Shown: positions 1 through 7,514, numbered from the stretch's first letter. The stretch: DNA of 64,000 nucleotides from Pirellulales bacterium (GCA_035533075.1 DATLUO010000255.1:7673-71672); one strand, 5' to 3'. A program made the numbers and translations. Notes: generated by a model from the letters alone, not told the origin.

Positions 1-976
1 CCTCGACCAGCCGCCGGGCAATACAAAAATTCTCCACCATTCGCGGTGCGCCGTCGCGCTGGTAGGTCGGATCGTTCTGGCCATAGCGTTCGACGATGCG
101 CGGATCCTCCTTCGACAGGTCGAGCGCGTCGGCCAGGCCCGACGAAGTGAGAATGCCCATCGCCTGCCGTGCGTAGGTGTCCATGCCCTCCATCACTCCG
201 GTCGTGTCGGCCTGGCGGCGGAAGTGGTCGAAAGCGCCGAGCAGCGACGTGCGGTCGCGGAGCCGGTCGAGCGTGATGCCGCCCAGCACCATATCGCCGG
301 CCATCTTTTGCCCGCCGTCGCCCACCAAGCGGAAGGGAGCATGCGCCGCCCCCAGGAAGCCGCCATTGCCAGGGTTTCCCCAGCCGCTGGCCCCGGTCTT
401 CCACATCAGCGACAGGTGCGGCGGAACGCCGGGCTGGGTCGGCCCCTGCACTTTCGAGACCCAGGCGCCCATGGCGGGCCAGCCGCCGCCGGGCGGATTG
501 TTCGGCACGCGGCCGGTCATGCACTGATAGCCGTCGTGACCGCCGAAGGCGCCGACGATCGTGCGGATGGGAATGAACTTGTCCATCATGCCGGCGATGC
601 GTGGAAACATCTCGCTGATTTCGATGCCCGGCACGTTGGTCGGGATGGCGGAGAACTCGCCGCGAATCTCGGCCGGGGCTTCGGTTTTGATGTCCCACAT
701 ATCGAGATGTGGCGGGCCGCCTGGCAGAAAGATATTGATGATCGCCTTGTGCGAGCGGCCGGCGCCCGCCTTGGCCTCGGCGGCCAACAACTGCGCGAGC
801 GACAACCCGCCGAGTGCCATGCCGCCGATCTTGAGAAAACTGCGGCGGCTCAATCCATCGCAAAAACCTGCGGTCTCTTGGCCGAGAATGGTCAGCATGG
901 TGTTTTTCCCATCGGTTTGGCGGGCATGATGGCAGGCAGGAACGAACGCCGGACGCATCAACGTCCGTCGATTCAT
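1..976 (-). CDS. DUF1501 domain-containing protein (sulfatase-like, twin-arginine-type signal); C-terminus lies beyond the left window edge
   Basis: Manual minus-strand translation from ATG 976 (alternative ATG 898): MNRRTLMRPAF..MLTILGQETAGFCDGLSRRSFLKIGGMALGGLSLAQLL..IINIFLPGGPPHLDMWDIKTEAPAEIRGEF.. The frame stays open to position 1. It is missing from the ORF track only because its stop is off-window. The motif pattern is typical of DUF1501. Confidence 0.85.
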   Translation of the reverse strand, partial: MNRRTLMRPAFVPACHHARQTDGKNTMLTILGQETAGFCDGLSRRSFLKIGGMALGGLSLAQLLAAEAKAGAGRSHKAIINIFLPGGPPHLDMWDIKTEAPAEIRGEFSAIPTNVPGIEISEMFPRIAGMMDKFIPIRTIVGAFGGHDGYQCMTGRVPNNPPGGGWPAMGAWVSKVQGPTQPGVPPHLSLMWKTGASGWGNPGNGGFLGAAHAPFRLVGDGGQKMAGDMVLGGITLDRLRDRTSLLGAFDHFRRQADTTGVMEGMDTYARQAMGILTSSGLADALDLSKEDPRIVERYGQNDPTYQRDGAPRMVENFCIARRLVE

Positions 977-1508
977 CTGGCCGCATCATAAACGAGGGCC
1001 GGCAAGAGGGCAAGTTGGAGGGTGCAGCCTACTGCCGCCTAAGTCGGAGGACCGGCCCGAATACCTGCCGCATCCTTGAGACCAACCTCTTCCCCACTTA
1101 CCCACGTCGATCAACTTCCGGAATCTCGGCAAACAGCCGCGCCCAATATCGCTCGGCTTGGTCGTACTCCGTTGCCTCGGTCAGAAAGGTTGGAAAGAGG
1201 TGCGTCATGGCGTTTTTTCTCGTAGTGCGGCTCTGGCACAAACGCCAGGGTCGACGCGACACGTGTGTCGCGTCCGCGCCTGCCGCTGCAAGGCACGGGC
1301 CGCCGCGTTCCCGCCGCGCGCGGCGGCGAGTTTTACGGTCGTCCGCCGCGCGCGGCGGAGCGCAACGAGATCCCCCTTTTGTTTCGGCAGCGATGCTAGC
1401 CGAAACCGTTTATACACAAGCACTTGCGCCGCCTGGCACCCGCCCGTTTCAACGCGATCTGACGGCGCCGAGCCATCGACGCGCGGCGACAAGGCGTCGA
1501 CTTCGGAG

Positions 1509-1965
1509 TTCGAAGGCTGCCAACCAATTTCGAAGGCTGCCAAGTCCCCACGGCAGCGCTCGTGCCGCACCTGACGTAGCGTCGGCGTCTCGCCGGCGGA
1601 GACCACCAGCGCGCCGGTGATCTTCGGTCCCCGGCAACTCATTTTGTTCGCAGTTGGCCATCTTGGCACATCTTGTGGTTGTCGTTGTGAGAACCACAAC
1701 ATGTTGTGGTCGATTCGAAGGCTGCCAACCAATTTCGAAGGCTGCCAAGTTCCCACAGCCGCGCTCGTGCCGCACTGCGCCTGACGTAGCGTCGGCGTCT
1801 CTCCAGCGGAGATCACCAGCGCGCTGGTGATCTTCGGTTCGCGGCAACTCATTTTGTTCGCAGTTGGCCATCTTGGCACATCTTGTGGTTGTCGTTGTGA
1901 GAACCACAACATGTTGTGGTCGATTCAAAGGCTGCCAACCAATTTCGAAGGCAGCCAAGCAGCCC
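1509..1965. repeat. Tandem repeat with units of 205 and 210 bp plus a partial third unit, containing nested palindromes
   Basis: The unit motif cgaaggctgccaaccaatttcgaaggctgccaag starts at 1511 and 1716; a degenerate copy (caaagg...) starts at 1926. Units are near-identical by eye, and unit 2 has a 5-nt insertion (tgcgc). Palindromes: ccacaacatgttgtgg at 1694-1709 and 1904-1919; agatcaccagcgcgctggtgatct at 1810-1833. Confidence 0.9.
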
Positions 1966-2184
1966 AAACTATCCAAAAAAATCCGGCGGCCTGCCTGCCA
2001 TTTTGGCGGTTACTAGCCATACGGTATTGTTTCAGCTACTTTTGTGCCGTAGGTGAACATTTTATCAGACTCGGTCCCCGCAGTCTCTCGCCTCCAGCAG
2101 CCTTGCGGATGCGTCACCCTCCACGACTGATGATCGGGCGCGACCGCCACCATTCAAACGGTAGCGCTGGCGGGCGAGCGGTTC

Positions 2185-2479
2185 GTGATCCTGCCCGGGG
2201 CCGATTTCCTGCGATTGGCGGGCGAGCCGCGCGGGCCGGAGCTGCCGCCGGCCCTGATGGCCCGCAAGCTGATCCGCTCGCGGCAGGCGCTGGGCTGGTC
2301 GCAAGTCGAGTTGGCCCGCCGGGCGGGGGTGCGTCCCGAAACGAATCAACCGCATCGAGCAAGCGCGCCGATCGCCCAGCCTGGCCACGTTCGACAAGCT
2401 CTACCGGGCATTGGATGAGGGCCAAGCGGAAGCGGCCCGCGGCAAGGCGGCCGCTGGCAAACGCAACGCCCGCAAGTAA
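2185..2479 (+). pseudogene. XRE-family HTH protein (antitoxin-like) disrupted by a 1-nt frameshift
   Basis: Frame 1 reads ..LIRSRQALGWSQVELARRAGVRPET. After one extra base near 2344, frame 2 continues the canonical HTH_3 pattern INRIEQARRSPSLATFDKLYRALDEGQ.. to TAA at 2477-2479. Confidence 0.7.
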
Positions 2480-2556
2480 ACTCCACGCGCAAATCGGCTG
2501 TCTGGCGTAGTTGCTCGATGCGGCTGGCGTAGCCCGTTGGCCGATGTTGCCTTGGG

Positions 2557-2700
2557 GTGGTGATCGCCGCTTGGTCGCGCACGAACGTGGCATCCGCCGA
2601 GGGGTGCTTTTGTGCTGACGAGCCAGTCTGCCGCGCCGGACAGGGCTGCCAACACGCGCCGTCGCGAAACGGTCGTGGCAATTCATGGAGGAACTCCGCC
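2557..2700. repeat. Copy 1 of a ~143-nt dispersed element, downstream of the XRE pseudogene
   Basis: gtggtgatcgccgcttggtcgcgcacgaacgtggcatccgccgaggggtgc..ctgccgcgccggacagggctgcc..catggaggaactccgcc aligns base-for-base, with scattered substitutions, to 3477-3619. Confidence 0.85.
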
Positions 2701-2784
2701 TGACGCGGCAAACGCACGAGTACGCCGGCCTTGACCGCCGGCAAGCCGAATTGTATTATAATACAAACACGCCAAGAAAGGTTT

Positions 2785-2901
2785 ATGGGCCAGGTCGTTT
2801 TTATCTGGGATCTGGAAGACGACCCGGAGGGGAACTATTGGCACATCACGGCTTATGAAGTCCCGCCGCCCGGTCCGAGAAAGAAGAGCAAGAAACGATG
2901 A
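2785..2901 (+). CDS. 38-aa mini-ORF translationally coupled to the downstream XRE gene; possible remnant of a toxin
   Basis: Manual translation: MGQVVFIWDLEDDPEGNYWHITAYEVPPPGPRKKSKKR. Its TGA (2899-2901) overlaps the ATG (2898-2900) of the next gene as ATGA. It is below the ORF-track size cutoff. Confidence 0.35.
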   Translation: MGQVVFIWDLEDDPEGNYWHITAYEVPPPGPRKKSKKR

Positions 2902-3344
2902 AGGAAAATACGAACCATAAGAACAACGACGCCAAGGCTCGGGCGCCGGTCGAGTGGACTGCCGAAGACCGTGCGCGGCACCGGGCCATCCGAGCGATGT
3001 TCCGCAACTGGCATCCGTCGCCCGAAGAGTTGATCGCCAGCGGCGAGGGGGCGAATTTCGATCTGCAGGGCGAATATCGCGAGTTGCGCCCGTTCGTCGA
3101 TGAGATCAAGCGGGCCCGGGAAGCGGCGGGACTCACGCTGGCTGAGGTGTCGCGGCGCTGTGGTATCGACCAGCCGGCCCTCTCACGCCTGGAAAACGGC
3201 CACAACAAGAACCCGACGCTCGGCACACTCTGGCGTTACGCGGCCGCCGTCGGGCGGCGGCTCATCCTCTCCACCGAAGCGGTCGCTGACACGCGCCCGC
3301 GGCGCAGCAAAGCCAAGCGAGTCGCCGCGGCGCGAAAAACGTGA
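2898..3344 (+). CDS. XRE-family helix-turn-helix DNA-binding protein (antitoxin-like)
   Basis: 148-aa ORF. HTH_3 pattern: IKRAREAAGLTLAEVSRRCGIDQPALSRLENGHNKNPTLGTLWRYAAAVG. Confidence 0.8.
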   Translation: MKENTNHKNNDAKARAPVEWTAEDRARHRAIRAMFRNWHPSPEELIASGEGANFDLQGEYRELRPFVDEIKRAREAAGLTLAEVSRRCGIDQPALSRLENGHNKNPTLGTLWRYAAAVGRRLILSTEAVADTRPRRSKAKRVAAARKT

Positions 3345-3476
3345 GCCGCTCACGCCACTGGCGAATTTGCCAAACCGATCAAACGACCTCGCGTTTTCAG
3401 TGACGCAAAAGGCTGGGTGGTTTGTTTCCCCCCCGCGGAAAAGAGTCGCAACTGCTGAACCCTGAACCCTTGCCAG

Positions 3477-3619
3477 GTGGTGATCGCCGCTTTGTCACGC
3501 ACGAACATGGCATCCGCCGAGGGGTGCCTTTGTGCTGGCGAGCCACCCTGCCGCGCCGGACAGGGCTGCGAACAAGCGCCATCGTGAGGCGGTTCCGGCA
3601 ATCATGGAGAAACCCCGCC
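3477..3619. repeat. Copy 2 of the ~143-nt dispersed element, downstream of the second XRE gene and just left of IS630
   Basis: Aligns to 2557-2700 (see that feature). It is preceded by a short CTGAACC heptamer run at 3455-3470. Confidence 0.85.
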
Positions 3620-3680
3620 GGTGGGTTGGCGCCCCGTTGGCCGCAATCAGGAAAAAAAGCGAATGATTGGATCTGGTCTA

Positions 3681-4902
3681 GTGCCCCGTCCAGACTAAAT
3701 TTTCGGGTTGCCAAGGCCGTCGATTTTGGGGAACCTCCGCGTCAACAAGGAGGTTCAGATGAACAAAAAGTATATCGTGCGGCTCACGGACGAAGAACGG
3801 GCGATTTGCGAAGCGACCATCAAGAAGGAACGGGCAAGTCGGAGAAACTGCGGCGGGCGACGATCTTGCTCAAGGCCGACGCCAACGGGCCAGCATGGGA
3901 TGACGCGAAGATCAGCGAGGCGGTCGGTTGCCGGACGCGGACGGTCGAGAACGTGCGGCAAGCATTCGTCCTGGACGGCTTCCAGGGGGCGCTGGTTCGG
4001 AAGAGCCGCGCAACGCCGCCGACGCCGAAATTGCTCGACGGCGACGGCGAGGCGAAATTGATCGCCATGCGGTTGGGCAAGCCACCCGCCGGCTACGGCC
4101 ATTGGACGCTACGGCTGCTGGCGGATCAAGTGGTGGAACTGGAGGTCGTTGAATCGATCAGCCCGGAGACGGTTCGTCAGACGCTAAAAAAAAACGGCAT
4201 GACCAAGCGGAAAATCCAGTATTGGGTGATTCCTCCCGACGCCAATGGCGAGTTCGTCGCCAGCATGGAGGAGGTGCTGGAGACTTACGAAAAAGCCTAC
4301 AACCCCGACCGCCCGGTCGTGTGCATGGACGAGCAGCCGGTGCAACTCATCGGCGAGACTCGCGTGCCGATTCCGGCGACCAAGAACCATCCCGAGCGGG
4401 TCGATTATGAATACGAACGGAAGGGGACGGCCAGCATCTTCATGTTTGCCGAACCGCTCTCCGGCTTCCGCCAAACGACGGCCCGGCCGCGCCGCACCAA
4501 GGACGATTGGGCTCAAGAAGTCGCCCATTTGCTCGATACTCGCTACGCCGGTGTCGATCGGATCACGTTGGTCTGCGACAACTTGAACACGCACACCAAG
4601 GGGGCGTTCTACGAAGCGTTCCCGCCCGAGAAGGCCCGCGACTACGTGCGGCGGATCGACTTCGTTTACATCCCCAAGCACGGCAGTTGGCTCAACGTAG
4701 CGGAATGCGAGTTGAGTTGCATGACCAGCCAATGCCTGTCGGACCGACGGATCGGCGACCTCGCGACGCTGCAATCCGAAATTGCCGCATGGTCAACCCG
4801 CGTCAACGAGAAACAACGGGCCGTCGATTGGCAATTCACGATCGACAAAGCAAGGGTTAAATTGAAGCGGCTCTACCCGAAAATTCAGTCTGGACGGGGC
4901 AC
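3681..4902 (+). mobile_element. IS630-family insertion sequence (1222 bp) with terminal inverted repeats and a TA target duplication
   Basis: IRL gtgccccgtccagactaaattttcgggt (3681-3708) matches the reverse complement of 4875-4902 (gtgccccgtccagactgaattttcgggt) at 27 of 28 positions. TA flanks both ends (3679-3680 and 4903-4904). It encloses a DDE transposase. Confidence 0.9.
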
Positions 4903-4963
4903 TAGTCAACGCTGCGACAGCCGAGTGATGAGGCCTCATCCAGCTTGCCTGGATGGTGAATAA
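3759..4963 (+). CDS. IS630-family DDE transposase; needs a -1 frameshift near 3827, and the reading frame runs through the right IR
   Basis: AAGGAGG (3747-3753) precedes ATG 3759. The N-terminus MNKKYIVRLTDEERAICEATIKK is in frame 0. The long ORF continues as GTGKSEKLRRATILLKADANG.. in frame -1. DDE triad context: VVCMDEQP, LVCDNLNTH, SWLNVAECE. The first in-frame stop is at 4961-4963, outside the IS. Confidence 0.8.
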
Positions 4964-5095
4964 GATTGTTCTCGGCGACGGTAGCAGGGCAATCTCCTTC
5001 ACCATCCGGGCAAGCCGGATGGGGTCGAAGAAGGCGTTGGTGCGAGGGCGCCGTCTAGCTCACCATCTGCTTCACCATCGAGGCGAGCTCGATGG
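4937..5095. repeat. Three spaced small hairpins of identical architecture with compensatory stem changes
   Basis: H1 4937-4955: catccag-cttgc-ctggatg. H2 5002-5022: ccatccgg-gcaag-ccggatgg. H3 5075-5095: ccatcgag-gcgag-ctcgatgg. H2 and H3 share the flanks ttcaccatc / gatggggtcgaa. Confidence 0.7.
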
Positions 5096-5275
5096 GGTCG
5101 AACGCAGCGTCGGCAAGACCAACTCAACTTTAAGACACTTCCAGCCCCCGCGTCGCCCACCTAGGCGGATATCGCCACGGCGTGCTCGTGCTTGCCCGCG
5201 GCCGAGACACGGCCTATCCCGCGGTCGTCGACGCGGAGGCCTTTCGACCAACGGTGCTGGCAAGCGTGCGCGAGT

Positions 5276-5467
5276 TTATCGAAGCTTGGGCGTCACCAAG
5301 AAACCCGTCAATCTCGTCTCGCGACCTCTGCTCGGCGTCTCAATAATTAAATCAACGAGACCATCTTTGGAATAAAACTTTGGGGCAGCGCTCACGTAAC
5401 AGTCTTGGCTTCCGGCAAGCCCACCAAAATCAATCTTGGCTGGGAACTGGTCAGGCTGAACTTTCAT
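5276..5467 (-). CDS. Hypothetical small protein (63 aa)
   Basis: ORF in a visibly AT-richer stretch. GGAGA lies 8 nt upstream of the ATG (minus strand: caaacGGAGAatcatgacATG). No recognisable family. Confidence 0.4.
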   Translation of the reverse strand: MKVQPDQFPAKIDFGGLAGSQDCYVSAAPKFYSKDGLVDLIIETPSRGRETRLTGFLVTPKLR

Positions 5468-5633
5468 GTCATGATTCTCCGTTTGACTTGAAGGATGTGG
5501 AACGCACAGTTAAACGATGCGTGCCCGCCCCGAAATCTTTTGGCGCTAACCGCCCGCGAGATCGACCGTACGGTCCGCACGCCGCGACGCAACGACTGCG
5601 CAGGCGGCGATCGAATTCTCGCGTGTCGCTTGT

Positions 5634-6044
5634 TCACATGGCTCGCCGGCCACCTCGCGGCAGATACGGCCGCGCCAGTCGATACGAGAACGCACCGACG
5701 TCCCGCTCCAGGTCGAGCACTTCGCAACGGTCGCCTTCAAGTGCCAAGAGGTCAGGCGCCAACCACTCCGGGAAACCGATCAATGCGATGCTGCCCCCAG
5801 CATCGACAATCTGAGCGAGAGTCGCGGCGTGGAAGTGGTCGTGCGATAGAAGCGTTATGTGCTGTGGCCGGCCGGCGGCCTGCTCTATTAGAGCCGCGTC
5901 AAGGCGGTCCTTGATGTAGTTGTCAACGGGGTCTTCATTCGCGATGGAACGTCCTGTTGGTGGAACGGCCTTGAAGTCATAGCCCATGTATGTCATCGCC
6001 CTGAAGAATGGGTATGCCTTTTCGGTGAAGTGGTCTCCGTTCAT
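5634..6044 (-). CDS. NYN/LabA-like domain protein (divergent; tentative)
   Basis: The ORF pattern KPVFAMNGDHF..PVDNYIKDRLDAAL..ITLLSHDHFHAATLAQIVDAGGSIALIGF..APDLLAL resembles the NYN layout (FiDg.N / aD..l / lvSgDsDF / G..V.viG), with substituted acidic residues. The start is uncertain: the ORF is open to 6176, but that extension lies in a duplicated segment. Confidence 0.5.
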   Translation of the reverse strand: MNGDHFTEKAYPFFRAMTYMGYDFKAVPPTGRSIANEDPVDNYIKDRLDAALIEQAAGRPQHITLLSHDHFHAATLAQIVDAGGSIALIGFPEWLAPDLLALEGDRCEVLDLERDVGAFSYRLARPYLPRGGRRAM

Positions 6045-6090
6045 GGCGAAAACCGGCTTTCCAGTCGACGGAAGGAACCGCTTGACGCGA

Positions 6091-6234
6091 TTGTGCCCGG
6101 CGAGCGGTGATTGACTGGCTAAAGGGCGGCCGGGCCCGAGCCCCACGCCCCGGCCGAGCTTGCCTCGGTCGAGCACATGACTTGGCAGGCTGACGACTCG
6201 TGCTTGCCACCGGGATGAACCCGGCGGAGAAGAT
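6091..6234. repeat. Copy A of a ~143-bp direct duplication
   Basis: ttgtgcccggcgagcggtgattgactggctaaag..ccgagcttgcctcggtcgagc..gggatgaacccggcggagaagat matches 6384-6525. It contains the hairpin ccgag-cttgc-ctcgg (6154-6168). Confidence 0.8.
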
Positions 6235-6383
6235 CGGGTCGCGGTGCGCGGCGTGTTAGCCGGTCAATCGTGCCGGCCACGGGGACGAGCCCCGCGGAGC
6301 GGCGGCCTTGTGGTGCAGGCGTCCCGCCTGCGCGGTCTTGCGAGCCGCGCACAACATCACGCGCGGTCCGCCCCGTCCGGGCC

Positions 6384-6525
6384 TTGTGTCCGGCGAGCGC
6401 TGATTGACTGGCTAAAGCGCGAGCATCTCTCAACTCTCGCCCCGACCGAGCTTGCCTCGGTCGAGCGCGTGACCTAGCAGCCACGCAGTCGTGCTTTCCA
6501 TCGGGATGAACCCGGCGGAGAAGAT
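6384..6525. repeat. Copy B of the ~143-bp direct duplication
   Basis: ttgtgtccggcgagcgctgattgactggctaaag..gaccgagcttgcctcggtcgagc..gggatgaacccggcggagaagat. The hairpin gaccgag-cttgc-ctcggtc is at 6444-6462. The offset from copy A is 293 bp. Confidence 0.8.
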
Positions 6526-6565
6526 GTATTGGCGGCGGAGCGAACGCGGCTGCGCGACAAACGCG

Positions 6566-7066
6566 TTAGGCTGGGCTGTAACGTGTGATCCAAGGGACGC
6601 GATCAAAGTCGGCGTCGTGACTGGCGATCGACGCTAACCCGAACTGTTGCATGATGGCCACGATTAGCGCGTCGCCGCTCAGCAGGCCGTATTGCTGACT
6701 GACGGCTGTGGCGGCAGTGTTAATCGACGCTGGGGGCACAACGATTCGGACGCCGAACTGGTTTACGTCGTCGATCGCCTTTCGAAAGAGGGAGAGCCGC
6801 ATGATTTCGGCCGGGTGTTTGCGAAGACGCTGCGCGATTCCCGCGACCGGCCATCCGAGTTTCGCCACCGCTTCGGTTGTCATGACACGATGCGCCACAT
6901 CGTTTAAGACGTGCGTCGAAGTGGCGGCGAACAGCTCGCCGCGTTTGATTCTCGCGAGCAAGTTCGCACACGCGATGCCCAGGGTTGGATGCGGCATGAA
7001 GTGATAGACAAACGTATTGGCGTCGATAAAGAGCGACGCGCTGGCGGGGATGTCGCTGAAAGTCAC
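6566..7066 (-). CDS. vapC: PIN-domain toxin (VapC-like)
   Basis: 166-aa ORF. PIN pattern: LFIDANTFVY.., LLSGDALIVAIM, ASHDADFDRV. It has a 4-bp overlap with the upstream antitoxin ORF. Confidence 0.8.
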   Translation of the reverse strand: MTFSDIPASASLFIDANTFVYHFMPHPTLGIACANLLARIKRGELFAATSTHVLNDVAHRVMTTEAVAKLGWPVAGIAQRLRKHPAEIMRLSLFRKAIDDVNQFGVRIVVPPASINTAATAVSQQYGLLSGDALIVAIMQQFGLASIASHDADFDRVPWITRYSPA

Positions 7067-7317
7067 GGCGATTCCTCAACGCCAAACTCAGCGTCGAGGG
7101 CCAGGCGCTCGGCTGTCTCGGCGTCGCCCGTCCATCCCAACATCCCATAGCTCGCGCGAACTGGATCGTCGGTGCTCTCGACAAAGGGCTGCCGCGGAGC
7201 GGGATGAATAGAAACCTGCACTCGCTCGTGTTCGGCAAGCGGCAACGGTTGCTCCGGCCTAAGAACGCCGTTTTCGTAGACTGCTTGGATCAACAGGGAT
7301 TGCATACGAAACTCCAT
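7063..7317 (-). CDS. Antitoxin, DUF104/AF2212-like (VapB-type partner)
   Basis: 84-aa ORF. The N-terminus LLIQAVYENGVLRPEQPLPLAEHERVQVSI matches the DUF104 antitoxin pattern. It overlaps the PIN gene start. Confidence 0.75.
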   Translation of the reverse strand: MEFRMQSLLIQAVYENGVLRPEQPLPLAEHERVQVSIHPAPRQPFVESTDDPVRASYGMLGWTGDAETAERLALDAEFGVEESP

Positions 7318-7514
7318 AATAGTTGCCCACCAATTATAGTCGGCGGCGGAGCGGCTGGGGAATACCGCCGTGCTGCGCGTGACAAAGATCGGTCCGACCG
7401 GTTTTCCAGGTGGATCAAGAGCGACGTGAGCAGCACGGTCTTGCCGGAGTTCGGCAGCCCGACGATTGCCACGCGGCGCAGGTGGTTAATCAGTGCGGGA
7501 AGGGTTGCGGCCAT
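7290..7514 (-). pseudogene. N-terminal fragment of a P-loop GTPase, truncated at the VapBC cassette
   Basis: MAATLPALINHLRRVAIVGLPNSGKTVLLTSLL carries a Walker A/G1 motif. After about 40 residues the sequence becomes low-information and runs into the antitoxin start. No G3/G4 motifs follow. Confidence 0.4.

Noticed and set aside
1509-1965. Possible CRISPR array (also considered for the heptamer arrays)
   Set aside because: The repeat period is 205-210 bp with no unique spacers between short repeats. The heptamer arrays are pure tandem repeats. No cas genes are in the window.
1015-1976. ORFs 1015..1620, 1205..1912 and 1449..1976 across the tandem-repeat region
   Set aside because: They are Arg/Ala-rich, and their repeated peptide segments simply mirror the DNA tandem repeat. 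They mutually overlap in different frames and show no protein-family signal.
3422-3758. N-terminal ~112 codons of the 513-aa ORF that contains the IS630 transposase
   Set aside because: This part lies outside the IS left inverted repeat (3681) and within the 143-nt repeat. A proper RBS and ATG at 3759 and the HTH N-terminus are in another frame.
5634-6176. Full-length 180-aa version of the NYN-like ORF starting at 6176
   Set aside because: The first ~44 codons fall inside duplicated segment A (6091-6234) and read as Gly/Arg/Leu-rich filler. The conserved domain begins near 6044-6060, so a shorter gene is reported with an uncertain start.
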